A stretch of DNA of 64,000 nt, taken from NCBI RefSeq assembly GCF_963921235.1, contig NC_086108.1, forward strand, positions 75,146,001 to 75,210,000, written 5' to 3'. Shown piece by piece: positions 50,223 to 62,737 of the stretch; positions within the stretch are counted from its first letter, which is position 1, and every line of letters starts with the position of its first letter. The DNA is from Mobula hypostoma. Its lineage: Eukaryota. Below the pieces are notes generated by a model. That model was not told where the DNA came from and ran no database searches. It saw only the letters and a list, made by a program, of their open reading frames with translations. Position numbers and translations under genes: made by a program.

Positions 50223-50854
50223 TATAACAATTTATGTGACAATTATAAACCAATTTATCATTTCAACAATGATTGGAAAGGCAGGCATAATTCACAATGC
50301 ATCCTTTCCCACTCCAGGTAAAGGGAAATCCTCCTTAAATTCTTCATCAGGAAGTACCTTCCTTGATTTCATTGCATTAACACTAGTTTCATTTACTTCA
50401 GGATGTTCCAGAAGACATATTATTTTGATGTTATCAATGCTTATTTTCCCCAAGTAATTCTTCACACTCTTTGGGTAACAATGTGGGTTCTTGTCTGAAT
50501 GCAGAACTGCAAAACACCTTGGGATGTTAGATTTGTTATTTAACTCAAAAGTGTTATTTTTGCACAGCATGGTTTCAGTTTCACAACTGTATGAAGTGCT
50601 TACCAGCGACACTTGGGATGCCTTATGTAATCTGTCTTGACCTACGGGAAGAATCTTACATCCTTGCAGAGGATTAAGGTGAAGAATTTCAGAGTCAGTT
50701 CATCCACTCCTGTTATCAGTGATGGGAATCAGATGGTGAATTCATTAGGGAGCCAAAAATATGTGTGCACAGATAAATTGATACAGTGCGAAACTGGGTT
50801 TACTATCAGTGGATTTTTGGAAACCATAATTACCTTTCGTGTTTCAAATTACCA

Positions 50855-51240
50855 TGTTCAACACCTGCATTTGTTCAAAGTAAAATTATTTATTATCAAA
50901 ATATGTATTTGTTACCATATACTACCATGAGATTCATTTAATTGAAGGCATTTACAGGAAAAATAAAGAAATGCAACAGAGTTTGTGAAAAACTATACAT
51001 AAATGGACTGACAAATAAAATCGAAAAGAATCCTTGAAAGTGAGTTTGTAGGTGGTAGAATCTGTTCAAAATTGTTGCGAGTGAAGTTTTCCACAAAAGT
51101 TCAGGAGTCAGATGGCTGGAAGCTAATAACTGTTCCTGAACCTGGAGGTGTGGCACCTGAGGCTTCAGAACACCCTGCCCATCGATAGTAGTGAAAAGAG
51201 AGCATGGGTTGTAGGGGTCTTTGATGATGGATGTTTTTTT
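50855..51240 (-). mobile_element. Rex1/Babar-like 3' fragment
   Basis: TTCAAAGTAAAATTATTTATTATCAAA tail and ACTGTTCCTGAACCTGG motif shared with 468-975. Confidence 0.7.
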
Positions 51241-51499
51241 CTCTTATGGGCTGAATTGTGATAACTGCATTATTGCAGGTACGTTAGTGGATGCAGAGCA
51301 TGCCTCCACAAATACAAATGTCTATAGGGATTGGTGTGACTGATTATGAAGCATGTTTCAAACAGAATAATTCCCAGCAGGGGTACTACATGCCTAGTTT
51401 TTTCTGCAAGCAGTTCTCAGGTGAGGATCAATGCGTGAAATGACTGTGCCTTGATGAGGATGGTCACACTGAGATCTGCTGGCTACAGCAGCCATACTA

Positions 51500-52055
51500 T
51501 TTGCAGAATTGTGAGCAGTTTTATGACACATATGTAAGAATAGATCTGCTGGCATTGGAGAAGGTCCAGAGGAGGTTCACAAGAATGATTCTGGAAATGA
51601 AAGGGTTAATGAATGAGAAACATGTCAGACCTCTGGACTTGCTGGAGTTTAGAAGAAGGGGAGGGGGGAATCTCATTGAAACCTTTCAAATATTGAGGGA
51701 CCTAGATAGAGTGGAAGTTGAGAGGATTTTTCCTACACTGGGGAAGTCTGGGACCAGAGGACACAGCCACAAAATAGAGGGATGTCCATTTAGAACAGAG
51801 ATGAGAAGGAATTTCTTCAGACAAAGGGTGGTGACTCTATGGGATTCATTTCCACGGACAGCTGTGGTTAGTCATTGGGTGTATTTAGAGCAGAGGTTGA
51901 TAGGTTTCTTGATGAGTCAGGGCATCAAAAGTTATGGGGAGAAGGCATGAGAAAGGGTTGAGAGAGATAATATAACAGCCATGATTGTAGGGTGGAGCAG
52001 GTTCAATGGACCAAAGGGCCTAATTCAGCTCCTATGACTTATGGCCTTATGGCCT
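51500..52055 (+). mobile_element. CR1 3' fragment
   Basis: ORF 51501..51950 reads LEKVQRRFTRMI..TRGHSHKI..FRTEMRRNFFRQRVVTLWD; (TTATGGCC)n tail. Confidence 0.88.
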
Positions 52056-52187
52056 AATTGTAATCAAGTTCAAGTTCACGGTTAGTTTATTGTCATTCAG
52101 CCATACACGTTTACTGCCAAACAAAACAAAGTTCCTCCAGACCAAGGTGCACGACACAGACACAGACGCAGACACATTGTGCAAGAA

Positions 52188-52620
52188 AACTCAATGCATT
52201 AAAGTATACAGGCAGGGTCAAGATATTCAGTTGCTGTTCAGATCAAACATCACAATGAGGGAAGAAACGTAGTCTAACTAACTTTGCCCATGGAATGATT
52301 GTTGGTGCAAGATGGGGTGGATTGAGTATCTCAGAAACTGCTGATGTGCTGGTATTCTCACACACAACAGTCTCTAGAGTTTAAAAAGAATGGTGTGAGA
52401 AACAAAAAAAAAGACCCAGTGAGTGACAGTTCTGTAGGCAAAAATGTCTTGTTAATGAGAGAGATCAAAGGAGAATGGCAAGACTGGTTCAAGCTGACAG
52501 GAAGGCAGTAATTCTAATAACCTCATGTTACAACAATGGTGTGCAGAAGGGCTTCTCTCTGAACGCACAGCACATCAAACCTTGAAATGGATGGGCTGCA
52601 GCAGCAGAAGACCATGAACA
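52188..52620 (+). mobile_element. Tc1-like non-autonomous element fragment (transposase HTH region)
   Basis: Decayed GMIVGARWGGLSISETADVLVFSHTTVSRV..RMARLVQADRK..LKWMGCSSRRP; homologous to 56360-56760. Confidence 0.85.
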
Positions 52621-54040
52621 GACAGAAATGTAATTTTATTCATCATTCCTACACCAAATTGCTCGGGTTGAGAAGAATGAGGATGTCAAGGAAAAGATGA
52701 AAAAGAAGAGAAAGCAAGGAGGCAGCTGAAATAGTTGTTTTCTGCTGGGGTTGCTTGAAGAGAACTCATTTGAACACACTACCAATTAATGCAGAGTTAA
52801 CAATGCTATATCATTCCTTCCATGTATCATTGACTATCATGGCATCCTTCGTGACAAAAATCACAAAATAATCTTTCAAAACCAAATTTGTAAGTAAAAT
52901 CATATCATGCTGAATTAAGAAATCAATTGATGGCCTCGTAATTTTTTGTGCTTGCCCTGTGCTTCTCTGTAGTACACTGCCTATATTTCTGCATTTTTTG
53001 TAAGCCGTATTGTGATAGCTGCAATATTGCAGAGAGATATTGAGCACGTCACCACAAATACACCTTTTCCCACTCATATTATACCTCAGTATGCATGAGG
53101 CTCCACCAGTTTAAACAACAATGAGCAAAATTATCCTAAGACTCAGTTTTGTTATTAAAATACTTCAACAAAGATTTGACAGAATTATAGGTTTATAGAT
53201 TAATACAAAACTGAAACTCATCCATGCCAGTCAGCATGTACTGTACCTCATTAATTCCATTTTCCTGTATTTTGCTCATTTCTCTCCAAATCTTTCCTGT
53301 ACAAATGTCTTTTAGATCTTGTAATTGCATCTGTTTCTACTACTTCCTTTGGCAGCTTGTTCCATACACCCAGCACACTCTGGAAAATCTTATCCTTGGA
53401 TCCCTTTTAACTCTTTATATATTCTTTATATATACTGTCAGATTAACAATCTTATAAACTGAAGAGACTGGACCATAATTGCTGCTCAATGCACTCGGGC
53501 TCAAGTTGTCAACCAACAGCAGATCTCAGTGCCTGCTGTAGCTGTGTCTTTGTCTGTAGTTTCCTTGACTAGAAGAGCTACAGAGGGGGCTGCAGTGAGG
53601 ACCTGCAGATAACTTTGGTGGTTTGAGTCCACGCTTGGCTATGAACTCAGCAACATCCCTGGCCAGATCTGCTTTCTGCATTAGATGTAGTACTTGCACA
53701 ATTTTGCAATCCCCTACGGTATTTGAGGCCAACATGAGACATGTACCACTTGTTCCGCATAAAATGAGTACTGTAGAATCTGAATGTATAATGTGCCTGT
53801 CGGAGCTGAATAGCTAGAAGACAACATAGGCAGAGAGATATAGGACAGAGACACTGAGTCCTGTTGAAAGCATGAGAATTGTTGGAGGCTATCATTCTTG
53901 ATTTGTTGCTAAGAGGGGTTGGTATGAGGAATCAAACAATCTCTGCAGTTGAAAGTGAAGTTGTAAGATATGGTATCACGAGCCTTGATCATAGAAGTGA
54001 GTTCATCAAACATCATGAAGTATCTCATCGATTTCCATGT

Positions 54041-54861
54041 TCAAAGGTTCAAAGATCCATTTTAATATCAGGGAAATGTATACAATATACATCCTGAAAT
54101 GCTTTTTCTTTGCAAACAGCCACGAAAACAGAGAAGTGCCCTAAAGAATGAACGAGTTAAACATGAGAACCCCAAAGCACCCCCAGCTCTCCCCTCCCAC
54201 ATGTAAGAGGTGGCAAGCAATGATCCCCTTCCCCCACAGCAAAACAAAGTGCACCTGCTACCGAGCACAAGGGTAATCTAGGCAATAGCAAAGACACAGA
54301 CCTTGCAGTTACCCCAAAGACTATCACATTTCATCCAGCATTCGACAAACCACAGGTTCTCTCTCTCCCTAATAAGGGAGAGGGAGGTGTCTCCCATTTT
54401 CACAGTGAGTGGGAGACATAGCAACAACTCGCTGGTTTATGATGTTAAAAAGTCTGTTTCGATGCTTTTTTTGAGCTCTATGCCTTAAGATTGCAAAGAT
54501 CTCGGGTCTTCAGGCTCACAGTGAAAGATTTTCCGACCTCCCTGACAACACATGAGTCCCCTGCCATGACACCAACACTCGATCTGCCCGTCTCCAGAGC
54601 CCCAAGATATTAGGCTTTCGAATTCGAGCCGGACTCTCAGGCCGAACCCTTGGCATGCCAAACAACAATGGCCTGTCCTGAAACCCTGAGAACAGGTCCC
54701 ATTCCCATGAAGAACCGAAGTCTGCATGTAACTCCAGGTCAGGGTCTTCAAAAGAACCCAGAAAGGGAAAAATAAAGATATTAAAGGTGGGAATAGAGCT
54801 GTTTCCAAAGATGCAAGTGAAGGAGTTGCCGTTTCACACCATCTTAACTCTGTCTCCAACC
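54041..54861 (-). mobile_element. Non-coding, non-autonomous non-LTR retroposon (about 820 bp)
   Basis: 6-bp TSD CCATGT at 54035-54040 and 54862-54867; AAGATGGTG near the 5' end; CTTTGAACCTTTGAA tail; no TE-like ORF. Confidence 0.65.
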
Positions 54862-56289
54862 CCATGTATGTTAAATCCTGCCATTCCTAGTTGCTCCCTT
54901 TGAACTGTATCTGGACAGCATCCAGAATCCCTTTGACATGTCCATGTCTCCCTAACTCCTGTACTACAGATTCTAATGTGGCATCCAAAGGTCTGGGGAA
55001 CAAGAAGTTCCACGATATTCACTGCATCCCATGTAGAACAGCAGCCAATGCCTTTTCCAGCCAAATTTCATCACCTCTTCAAGAAACACAGAGAGTTTTA
55101 AAAAGTACAGGCTAGCTTTAAAACATTGCCTTCCTATTGAAACATCCATGTAACCCTGGCTGTTAGCTGGAATTGTAATAATGAGCAGGAATACTGCCTT
55201 GATTTAAATCATTACGTCTTCTTTTAGTAGGGCACCATGGTCCTTCCATCCATGTGGGGTGGGGTGACGGAGTGAGGAAGAACATCAAATTTAGCCCCAT
55301 CAATGTCTTACTTTTAAGAAGAAAAGCTATTGTTTGCATGTCCAATGTTTGCTGGTAGAATGAAAAAAATGAATATACCCATGACTTCTCTGGCTGGAGA
55401 GTTCCTGCAGGGTTTTGCCACAGAGCCGATCCAAGATCTTGGTTTCATTTCAGCAAGAAGTCTAACAAATACTTGATTCTTAAGAACTCATTCATAATTT
55501 TGTGCCAACTACCCCCAGAGTTCCAGATAATGCAGCCTTTGTGCTTTATTTTCTTGCATATATTTACCCAGTTTTCCCAGACCATTCACTGGTCTCCATG
55601 TTAGGATGCATTTTACAGCATAATGTATAGAACATAGAAGAGTATAGCATAGGAACAGGCCAGTCGGCCCACAATGTTGTACCAAACAAGATAAAAAGCT
55701 AATCAAAAACATCCAACACTAATGCCTCCTACCTACACAATCAACGATTACTTTTCGTATGGGTGGAAATAGATCACCAAAAGATCATACATTACATGGA
55801 TTGACCCAAATAACACAATAATGTCAGTGAATATCACTGCTAACTTTGAAACTTGGGGCTGAATTTTTGATCATAAAGCATAACCAAAAGACACAAATAT
55901 TTGCTGCTTTTGCCATCAAATTATGGGTATTTCAACATTTCATATCTAAGTAACAACTGTATTTTGGCTCATACTGTATAATTCCCTGAATTCTGTGAAT
56001 ACAAATAGTTTTGCTATTATTATCCCAGTCATTACTCTGCAATGCTGCAGTAATTTTGCAAAACATGTGAAATCTCAAAGTTGGTATCGGTGCTTTATCA
56101 TTGAACAGCAGATCACGCACATTCTGAAATTCAGTTTGGAAAGGAAAAGTGAAGCTCAGTGCTTTGTAGTTGTGAGAGAACTCTCATGAACTGAGATTCT
56201 TCCCTTGATTTCAATGGAAAGGATAGCTGTCAAAACCCCAAAAAGATATTGGTAAGTTTGTTGAAAAATACTCTTTCAAATTTATCTAT

Positions 56290-56824
56290 GTTCTGTGGCC
56301 TTTATCAGGTACATCTGCTCATTAATGCAAATATCTAATCAGCCAATCATGAGGTAGCAACTCAATGCATAAAAGCATGCCAACATGGTCAAGAGGTTTG
56401 TTTGTTGTTCAGACTAAACATCAGAATGGGGAAGAAATGTGACTTCGATCATGATCGTTGGTGCCGGGCAGGGTAGCTTGAGCATCACAGAAACTGCTGA
56501 TCTCCTGGGATTTTCCACACACAACAGTCTCTTGAGTTTACAGATCATGGTGCAAAAAACATCCAGCAAGCAGCAGTTCAGTGGGTGAACACCTTGTTAA
56601 TGAGAGAGGTCAGAAAGGAGAATGGCCATACCGGTTCAAACTGAGAAGAAGGTAACAGTAACTCAGATAGCCACGTTACAACAGCGATGAGCAGAAGAGC
56701 ATCGCTAAGCACACAACACATTGAACCTTGAAGTGGATGGGCTACAGCAGCAGAAGACCAGGATCATACACTCAGTGGCCACTTTATTAGGTACAATAGG
56801 TACATAATAAAGTGCCACGGAGTG
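56290..56824 (+). mobile_element. Tc1-like internally deleted element with an extra TIR at the right end
   Basis: Decayed left TIR GTGGCCTTTATCAGGTAC; MGKKCD..IVGAGQGSLSITETADLLGF coding remnant; TA-CACTCAGTGGCCACTTTATTAGGTAC..GTACATAATAAAGTGCCACGGAGTG-TA at 56767-56826. Confidence 0.85.
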
Positions 56825-57260
56825 TATATCTCCAGTTCAGTTGTTTTTTCTAGATCATTTAAAGACATTTATAAGATTTTAAATACTTTAAGTGTTATAA
56901 TTGTTTTCTATTTTAGCATTTTTAAATTATTTTAGAGTTTCACTTTTTTACAAAAGATTATTTAAATTTTCAAGGTGCTTTCAATGTTCATGAATTTATC
57001 AATAGCATTGAGAAATATTCAAAGTGGTTTGGCAGCTTTGAGAATTGGTTAGTTTGGGAAAATATCACAACTGTTACATTCTTCTTACTTTGTATATGGG
57101 GCTTGCTTGTCACTTTGTATGATGATCATTTTCTCATCTTTCAGCAACACTATGCTCTGAAGCAGATTAATGACAAAAGAGAATAAGTTAGGACCCCATG
57201 CTTGCTTCTCCTTCTGTATGATCATTACCACCAGAAAATGGGATGAAATAGAAGTATTAT

Positions 57261-57864
57261 AGTCATAGTCATACTTTATTGATCCCGGGGGAAATTGGTT
57301 TTTGTTACAGTTGCACCATAAATAATAAATAGTAATAAAACCATAAATAGTTAAATAGTAATATGTAAATTATGCCAGGAAATAAGTCCAGGACCAGCCT
57401 ATTGGCTCAGGGTGTCTGACCCTCCAAAGAAGGAGTTGTAAAGTTTGATGGCCACAGGCAGGAATGACTTCCTATGACGCTCAGTGTTGCATCTCGGTGG
57501 AATGAGTCTCTGGTTGAATGTACTCCTGTGCCCAACCAGTACATTATGTAGTGGATGGGAGACATTGTCCAAGATGGCATGCAACTTGGACAGCATCCTC
57601 TTTTCAAACACCACCGTCAGAGAGTCCAGTTCCATCCCCACAACATCACTGGCCTTACGAATGAGTTTGTTGATTCTGTTGGTGTCTGCTACCCTCAGCC
57701 TGCTGCCCCAGCACACAACAGCAAACATGATTGCACTGGCCACCACAGACTCGTAGAACATCCTCAGCATCGTCCGGCAGATGTTAAAGGACCTCAGTCT
57801 CCTCAGGAAATAGAGACAGCTCTGACCCTTCTTGTAGTCAGCCTCAGTGTTGTTTGACCAGTCC
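57261..57864 (-). mobile_element. Young Rex1/Babar-like 3' fragment with open frame
   Basis: ORF 57399..57917 reads KKGQSCLYFLRRLRSFNICRTMLRMFYESVVASAIMFAVVCWG..HPLH..RHRKSFLPVAIKLYN; (TATGAC)n tail; 5-bp TSD ATTAT at 57256-57260 and 57865-57869. Confidence 0.92.
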
Positions 57865-60009
57865 ATTATCATTATTATTGGAATCCTCATTTCCGTGTGC
57901 CCATTTGTCATTATCACAGAGAATTAATTGCCAGTCTTAGTAAATATACTATCAGTCAAAAGCCTTATTTATCTCTCACCATCATCACAGAGATACAAAA
58001 TGGGTCTCTGACAGAAATACCAAAACAAAAATGAGTGAGACCCAGCTGGGTCTTGTGACCCTCCCTCCATTGTCCAATGTCAGGCTCTCAATAACGACCT
58101 TCTGCTGCTCCTGTCGACATAATGATTCTCATCCAGGATCTAGCTCAAGGCATCTAAATTGCTCTTCATTCTGATGTGTTTGAATAAACTTCTAAATGGT
58201 AAAATAAACCCTTAACATATCTGTTGCGAACAAGTCCCTCTGCAGCCACGTGTAAGAAGGCAGCTGCTACTATCGTGTGCTAAGTGCTGCATTTTCATGA
58301 AAATGAGTTACCTCTGAATTTTGATCCTACCTTTCTTTCACTGAGATGTCTCAGGGTGTCTGAGGAACCCATAAAAGTGAGCATGCATTTGAAAGTGAAA
58401 TAGTATCTCATTTCAGTTGAGTATATAGCATATATTCACAGGGACTGAACAATCCCTTCCAGTTCAGAAGCGACTGTGTGCAGTTAACATTGTGCTCAAG
58501 TGTGTTGAAACCAGCTTCTTGTTTCACTGTTTTCTGATTTACACCTTTGCCTTATTTCAAACCTGCTCCCAAATTAAAGTTAACCCTGATATATCTTTTG
58601 TTCTTGATCATAATTTAAATGCTGCACGCTGCTCCCAGCACATCTTTGGGTGTTGTAGTTGTTAATGCAAATAACACAATTCTCACTATGCTTTGATGTA
58701 CTGTGCATGGGGTAAATGAATCTAAATCTCATTCTGAAATGGATTTAAATGCATTGGGCGAAGACATATACAGAGATTATATGTTTGCTAAAATATGTTC
58801 TAAATCTAGGATAGCTGGCCTACTGGGATTGATGATGGCAAACTGAACATCACTTACATGTAACATTAATTAGGTATCATTTCCCTCAATAACTGGATAA
58901 CCTATTTCACTTTGTTGCCAGAATCAATGATGATGATTATTGATTCTGATTGTTTCTGTATAAGTACAAACTAAATTCTGTTTTAGGAAATTCTGCTATC
59001 ATGCTAGTAATATTGATAATACAGTATATATATAATGCACCAGTTAAGCCGTTTAAAGAGAACCACAGACAAATCGATACTTTTCTGTTGGGTTAAGCAA
59101 CAGATGTTGCTGCTTAAAGCTTAGAGATAGCATGGTTCCAATTTCACACAGCATATGTAAAACTTACCATCCCATTTGTAATATTTATGGCTGAATTTTG
59201 AAATATGAATTGAGTGATGAGTGAGATGCTGTATTGATATATTACCTTCTGAGATTCAAATATTTTGCTTAGCAAATATGAAATACCTTGTCTTCATGAC
59301 TAATACTGTGGAAAGGGAGAGAAGCCCAGAGTAGAAGTTAGGAACTTACAGTTGGTGCTGAAGAACCTCTTTGGAGTTTTAAACACAGCCTAAGACCGGT
59401 TGGTTCTAGACATAGATGCCTGCTTGGGTTTCTTCTAGGAAGTGTGCATGACTTGAGCTAATGAAGGCAGGTAACATAGAAGAGGATCAGCTACCAGAAA
59501 AGCAATAGGAGGAATCAGAAATGTTGGCCATGTTTTTTGAGAAACTTTTGGGATCGTCATCTCCTTGCCTCAAGTTCAGCAAAGCAGCAATTAGATCTAT
59601 CTCGCTTATTGTTGCATATATCTGCAATTCTTGAAATGCAAGGTGATGGTAACCTATGGTCGTCAAGAAGACCATGATTCTTAACATCTGCATGTCTAAC
59701 TCCTGCCAGGTTGCTGCTAAAAATATGACAACATTTCATTCTTTGACAAGCTAGCTCCTGCTTAATTCCTTCCTCTTGCCCTCAGTCATGCACACTTACA
59801 CCTGGCATTTTGTCAATGTGCTGATCCAGACTCTGATTTGATCACTAAGCTCTGATACCTCTTCTTGCAAAGATCGCCATGGCCTCCAAGGCTTAAAGCA
59901 TTGGTATAGTTTGACACAAGGTCAAAAAAAATCTCACTGTTTCTTGTAGGCACCCGTAATGCACCTTAAAGGCTGCCTTAAAGTAGTATTGCTCATCAAC
60001 AATGTCAGG

Positions 60010-60319
60010 TATTATTTATTGTAGTGGCTGCACTGTTTTGTGCACTTTATGCAGTCTTGACGAAGGGTTCCGGCCTGAAACGTCGACCGATCTTTTCCAC
60101 GGATGCTGCCCGACCTGCTGAGTTCCTCCAGCGTATTGTGAGTGTTGCTGGATAGGTCTGTAGTCTAGTGTAGTTTTTGTGTTTTTTCTTACGTAGTTCA
60201 GTGTAGTTTTTGTATTGTTTCATGTAGCACCATGGTCCTGGAAAACGTTGTCTCATTTTTACTATGTTCTGTACCAGCAGTTATGGTTGAAATGACAATA
60301 ACAAGTGACTTGACTTGAC
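60010..60319 (+). mobile_element. LINE 3' UTR with (GACTT)n tail containing a solo Penelope pseudo-LTR (about 60052-60148)
   Basis: Ends ATGACAATAACAAGTGACTTGACTTGAC; the insert carries the hammerhead and GATGCTGCCCGACCTGCTGAGTTCCTCCAGC. Confidence 0.75.
60054..60087 (+). ncRNA. Minimal hammerhead motif, C3U variant
   Basis: GTC-TTGACGA-AGGGTTCCGGCCT-GAAA-CGTC-GAC. Confidence 0.5.
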
Positions 60320-61418
60320 AGATCACTGAGTTCAGCCAATGAAATCAATGTGAACACAGGCTGAACACAGCAACTATTTAAAAGACCAGGGCACATAAAT
60401 TCCAAAACATATTTTGAAAGTTAGTTATTTTGCCCCAATATTGTCTTGTCCTACTATCAGTCTGAAGGGAACTTAGGTGACTGAAGTAAGTCCCTTCTCC
60501 TCTACGAGAGTAATCCTGTTCTCCTTACCTACTGTCCAAGAAGGTCCTGAAGGACTCAAGGTTCCAGTGGTTATTTTCCACGAGCTCTAGTGGTGCAGCC
60601 CTTGAAGTCTCCCCTGGTGGTGGCCAATGCTTTTGGTTTGCTGCTGCAGGACTCTTGTAATTGTTACCCTTGGCCTTTCTGGCAAGCACACTATTTATTG
60701 GCTTCTGCTTACTGTAGTTCTGGAAATTATTAAGTAGTTCAGAGTTCTTCCAGGAAAAGAGTTTAAAAGATAAAGACTACAAGATGCTAGTTAGTGCATG
60801 TGCTTTGCACTGAAGAGTCGTTTAATCTGATTTCCCTTCTGTATTCAAATAAATTTGTAAATCTAACTCAAAACACACATTTAAAATCAGTTGTTTATTT
60901 TTTGAGAACCTCAACTAAGGACAAGCTAACAGCTCTGAAGTCAGTCTGTGCTATTGCTTCACCTTTTTAAATGCGAAATATTTATATAAAAATGAATGGA
61001 AAGTCTTAGTGAAAGTTTGATGGGGTGGTTAGGCAGCCATGTATATAAATGTGCTGCCCATGAAATTAGAGATGAAGAGCTTATGTTGGCACAGCCTGGT
61101 TTCTCAGTGAGGAAACTGGCTTTCAGTCTGACTTGCCAATACTCATGCCAAGAGCTCAGATTTGCTAAGGGCATGCTATGAAAATTGGAGATCAGAAAAA
61201 AATGTGATAAATCTAAAAAATCTGCTGCAATTTTCATTTCTGAATAAATAGCTGAATAATTTCATAATATTCATGACAGGTTGTGTTTTAACATGATTTA
61301 ATGTTCTTTTATCTTTTGCTGGATAAATCTTTTATGATACTTTCACATATTGGTATGTATGTACACAGCAGGTTATAAAGATACCAGAATGCTGCTGATT
61401 GCCAGTTTAAGGATTATG

Positions 61419-61525
61419 TTCCAGTCCTGATGAAGGGTCTTGGCCCATAATGTTGACTATTTACAGTATTCCTCTTCATAGATACTGCCTAACCTGCTGA
61501 GTTCTTCCAGCAATTTGTGTGTTCC
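61419..61525 (+). mobile_element. Solo Penelope pseudo-LTR end with decayed hammerhead
   Basis: CCAGTCCTGATGAAGGGTCTTGGCCCATAATGTTGAC..AGATACTGCCTAACCTGCTGAGTTCTTCCAGC. Confidence 0.8.
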
Positions 61526-61560
61526 TGTGAAAGGTGGTATTCATTAGTTACCCTACATTG

Positions 61561-61665
61561 AGGGGCGCCACAATAACATAACATTTAGCGTGATGTGTTT
61601 ACAGCTTGGGGCATCAGAATTCAATTCCAGCTTCTTCTGTAAGCAAGCTTGTAAGTTCCTTCTCA
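61561..61665 (+). mobile_element. Truncated tRNA-derived SINE head
   Basis: GGGGCGCCAC..TTAGCGTGA..TTACAGCTTGGGGC..TTCAATTCCAGC..CTGTAAG, similar to 6848-6940. Confidence 0.55.
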
Positions 61666-62439
61666 CTGCACAAAAACAGAAAGAAATCATAGATAGGTAA
61701 CTTCCACCCACAAATAGGCAACATCCATGTTACAACAAAAAGTTTGGGATTTGGTAATGAGGGCCCTCAAGCACAGCTGACCAGCTCTCCGGACAGTTCA
61801 TGGCTTAGGAACTTAAAATAGTTTAATATCAGTATTGCTGCACTGTGTGACATGGCAATAGGAGTTTAAATAACAAGGTGGTGGGTACACAACCTGTAGG
61901 AGCAACGAAAAAAAGGAAGGCTGCCTGCCTGGATAGAGCTTTCACCCTAAAGAGCATGCTGATCTGTCTGGTTCAGCCTCTCAGTAACTTCGCCCCCCAC
62001 CCCATAGAGTTAGTAAATGCTTGATATCCCATTGGCTCACTCTAGCTCATGGCTGTTAGCCGTGCGTGTATCTTCTGGAGGATTGCTGAGGCAACAGAAC
62101 CCTGGAAAATGTGGTCCACATCCTATATCTTGGTATCCACCTTTCAGTGAAGGTCACCATCAACTACAATGCACCAGAATAGCCTTAGCAGACCTAGCAC
62201 AAAACCCATTCTCTACTGAACAGCAATGACATCTGCCTGCCCATAAGCTATCTAGAACTGGACTTCTTACAGGATGGAGTGGAAGGGAGTGGAAAGATAC
62301 CACCACCATTATCTCCATATCAACCTCTGCCCTTCTATATTCCTCTGAGGCCTAGACCACTGACAGGGTTACTTACAGCAGTCACCACAAGACATTGGAA
62401 AATTACCAAATATTGCATCTCAAACTCCTCCTAATTCAC

Positions 62440-62737
62440 AGTTATACAGCACAGAAACAAGCTCTTTGACCCACTGAGTTCACAGTGACCATCAGGCACC
62501 CTTTTACAGTAATCCCATTTTATTCTTTCCACAATTCCCATTCCCTTTCCCAGATTCAGTTGTAAAATGTGCCCACCCAGGGTAATTTGCAGTGGCCCGC
62601 TAACCTACTCTATGCACATTTTTTGAGATGTGGGAGGAAGTGGAGCCACTAGGAGAAACCCCACACAGTCATGGAAATGTGCAAGCTTATCAGAGTCGAC
62701 ACAGGAGGTCGGGTTTGAACCCAGCTCACTGGAGCTT
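62440..62737 (-). mobile_element. HE1/V-SINE-like SINE with CR1-derived tail
   Basis: B-box-like GGGTTCAAACCC on the minus strand; V domain (TGTGGGAGGAAGTGGAGCCACTAGGAGAAACCCCACAC on +); CR1-type ACAGCACAGAAACAAG tail. Confidence 0.75.

Noticed and set aside
50292..50650. 106-aa minus-strand ORF and a possible 38-nt AG..GTAAG micro-exon
   Set aside because: No recognisable domain and no partner exons; cannot be supported without RNA-seq or homology search
53526..53735. ORF containing ADLARDVAEFIAKRGLKPPKLS
   Set aside because: Looks protein-like, but has no convincing splice sites and matches no family I recognise
61032..61058. Small hairpin GGCAGC..GCTGCC within overlapping ORFs 60959-61237
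   Set aside because: Too short for a pre-miRNA; the ORFs have no recognisable product
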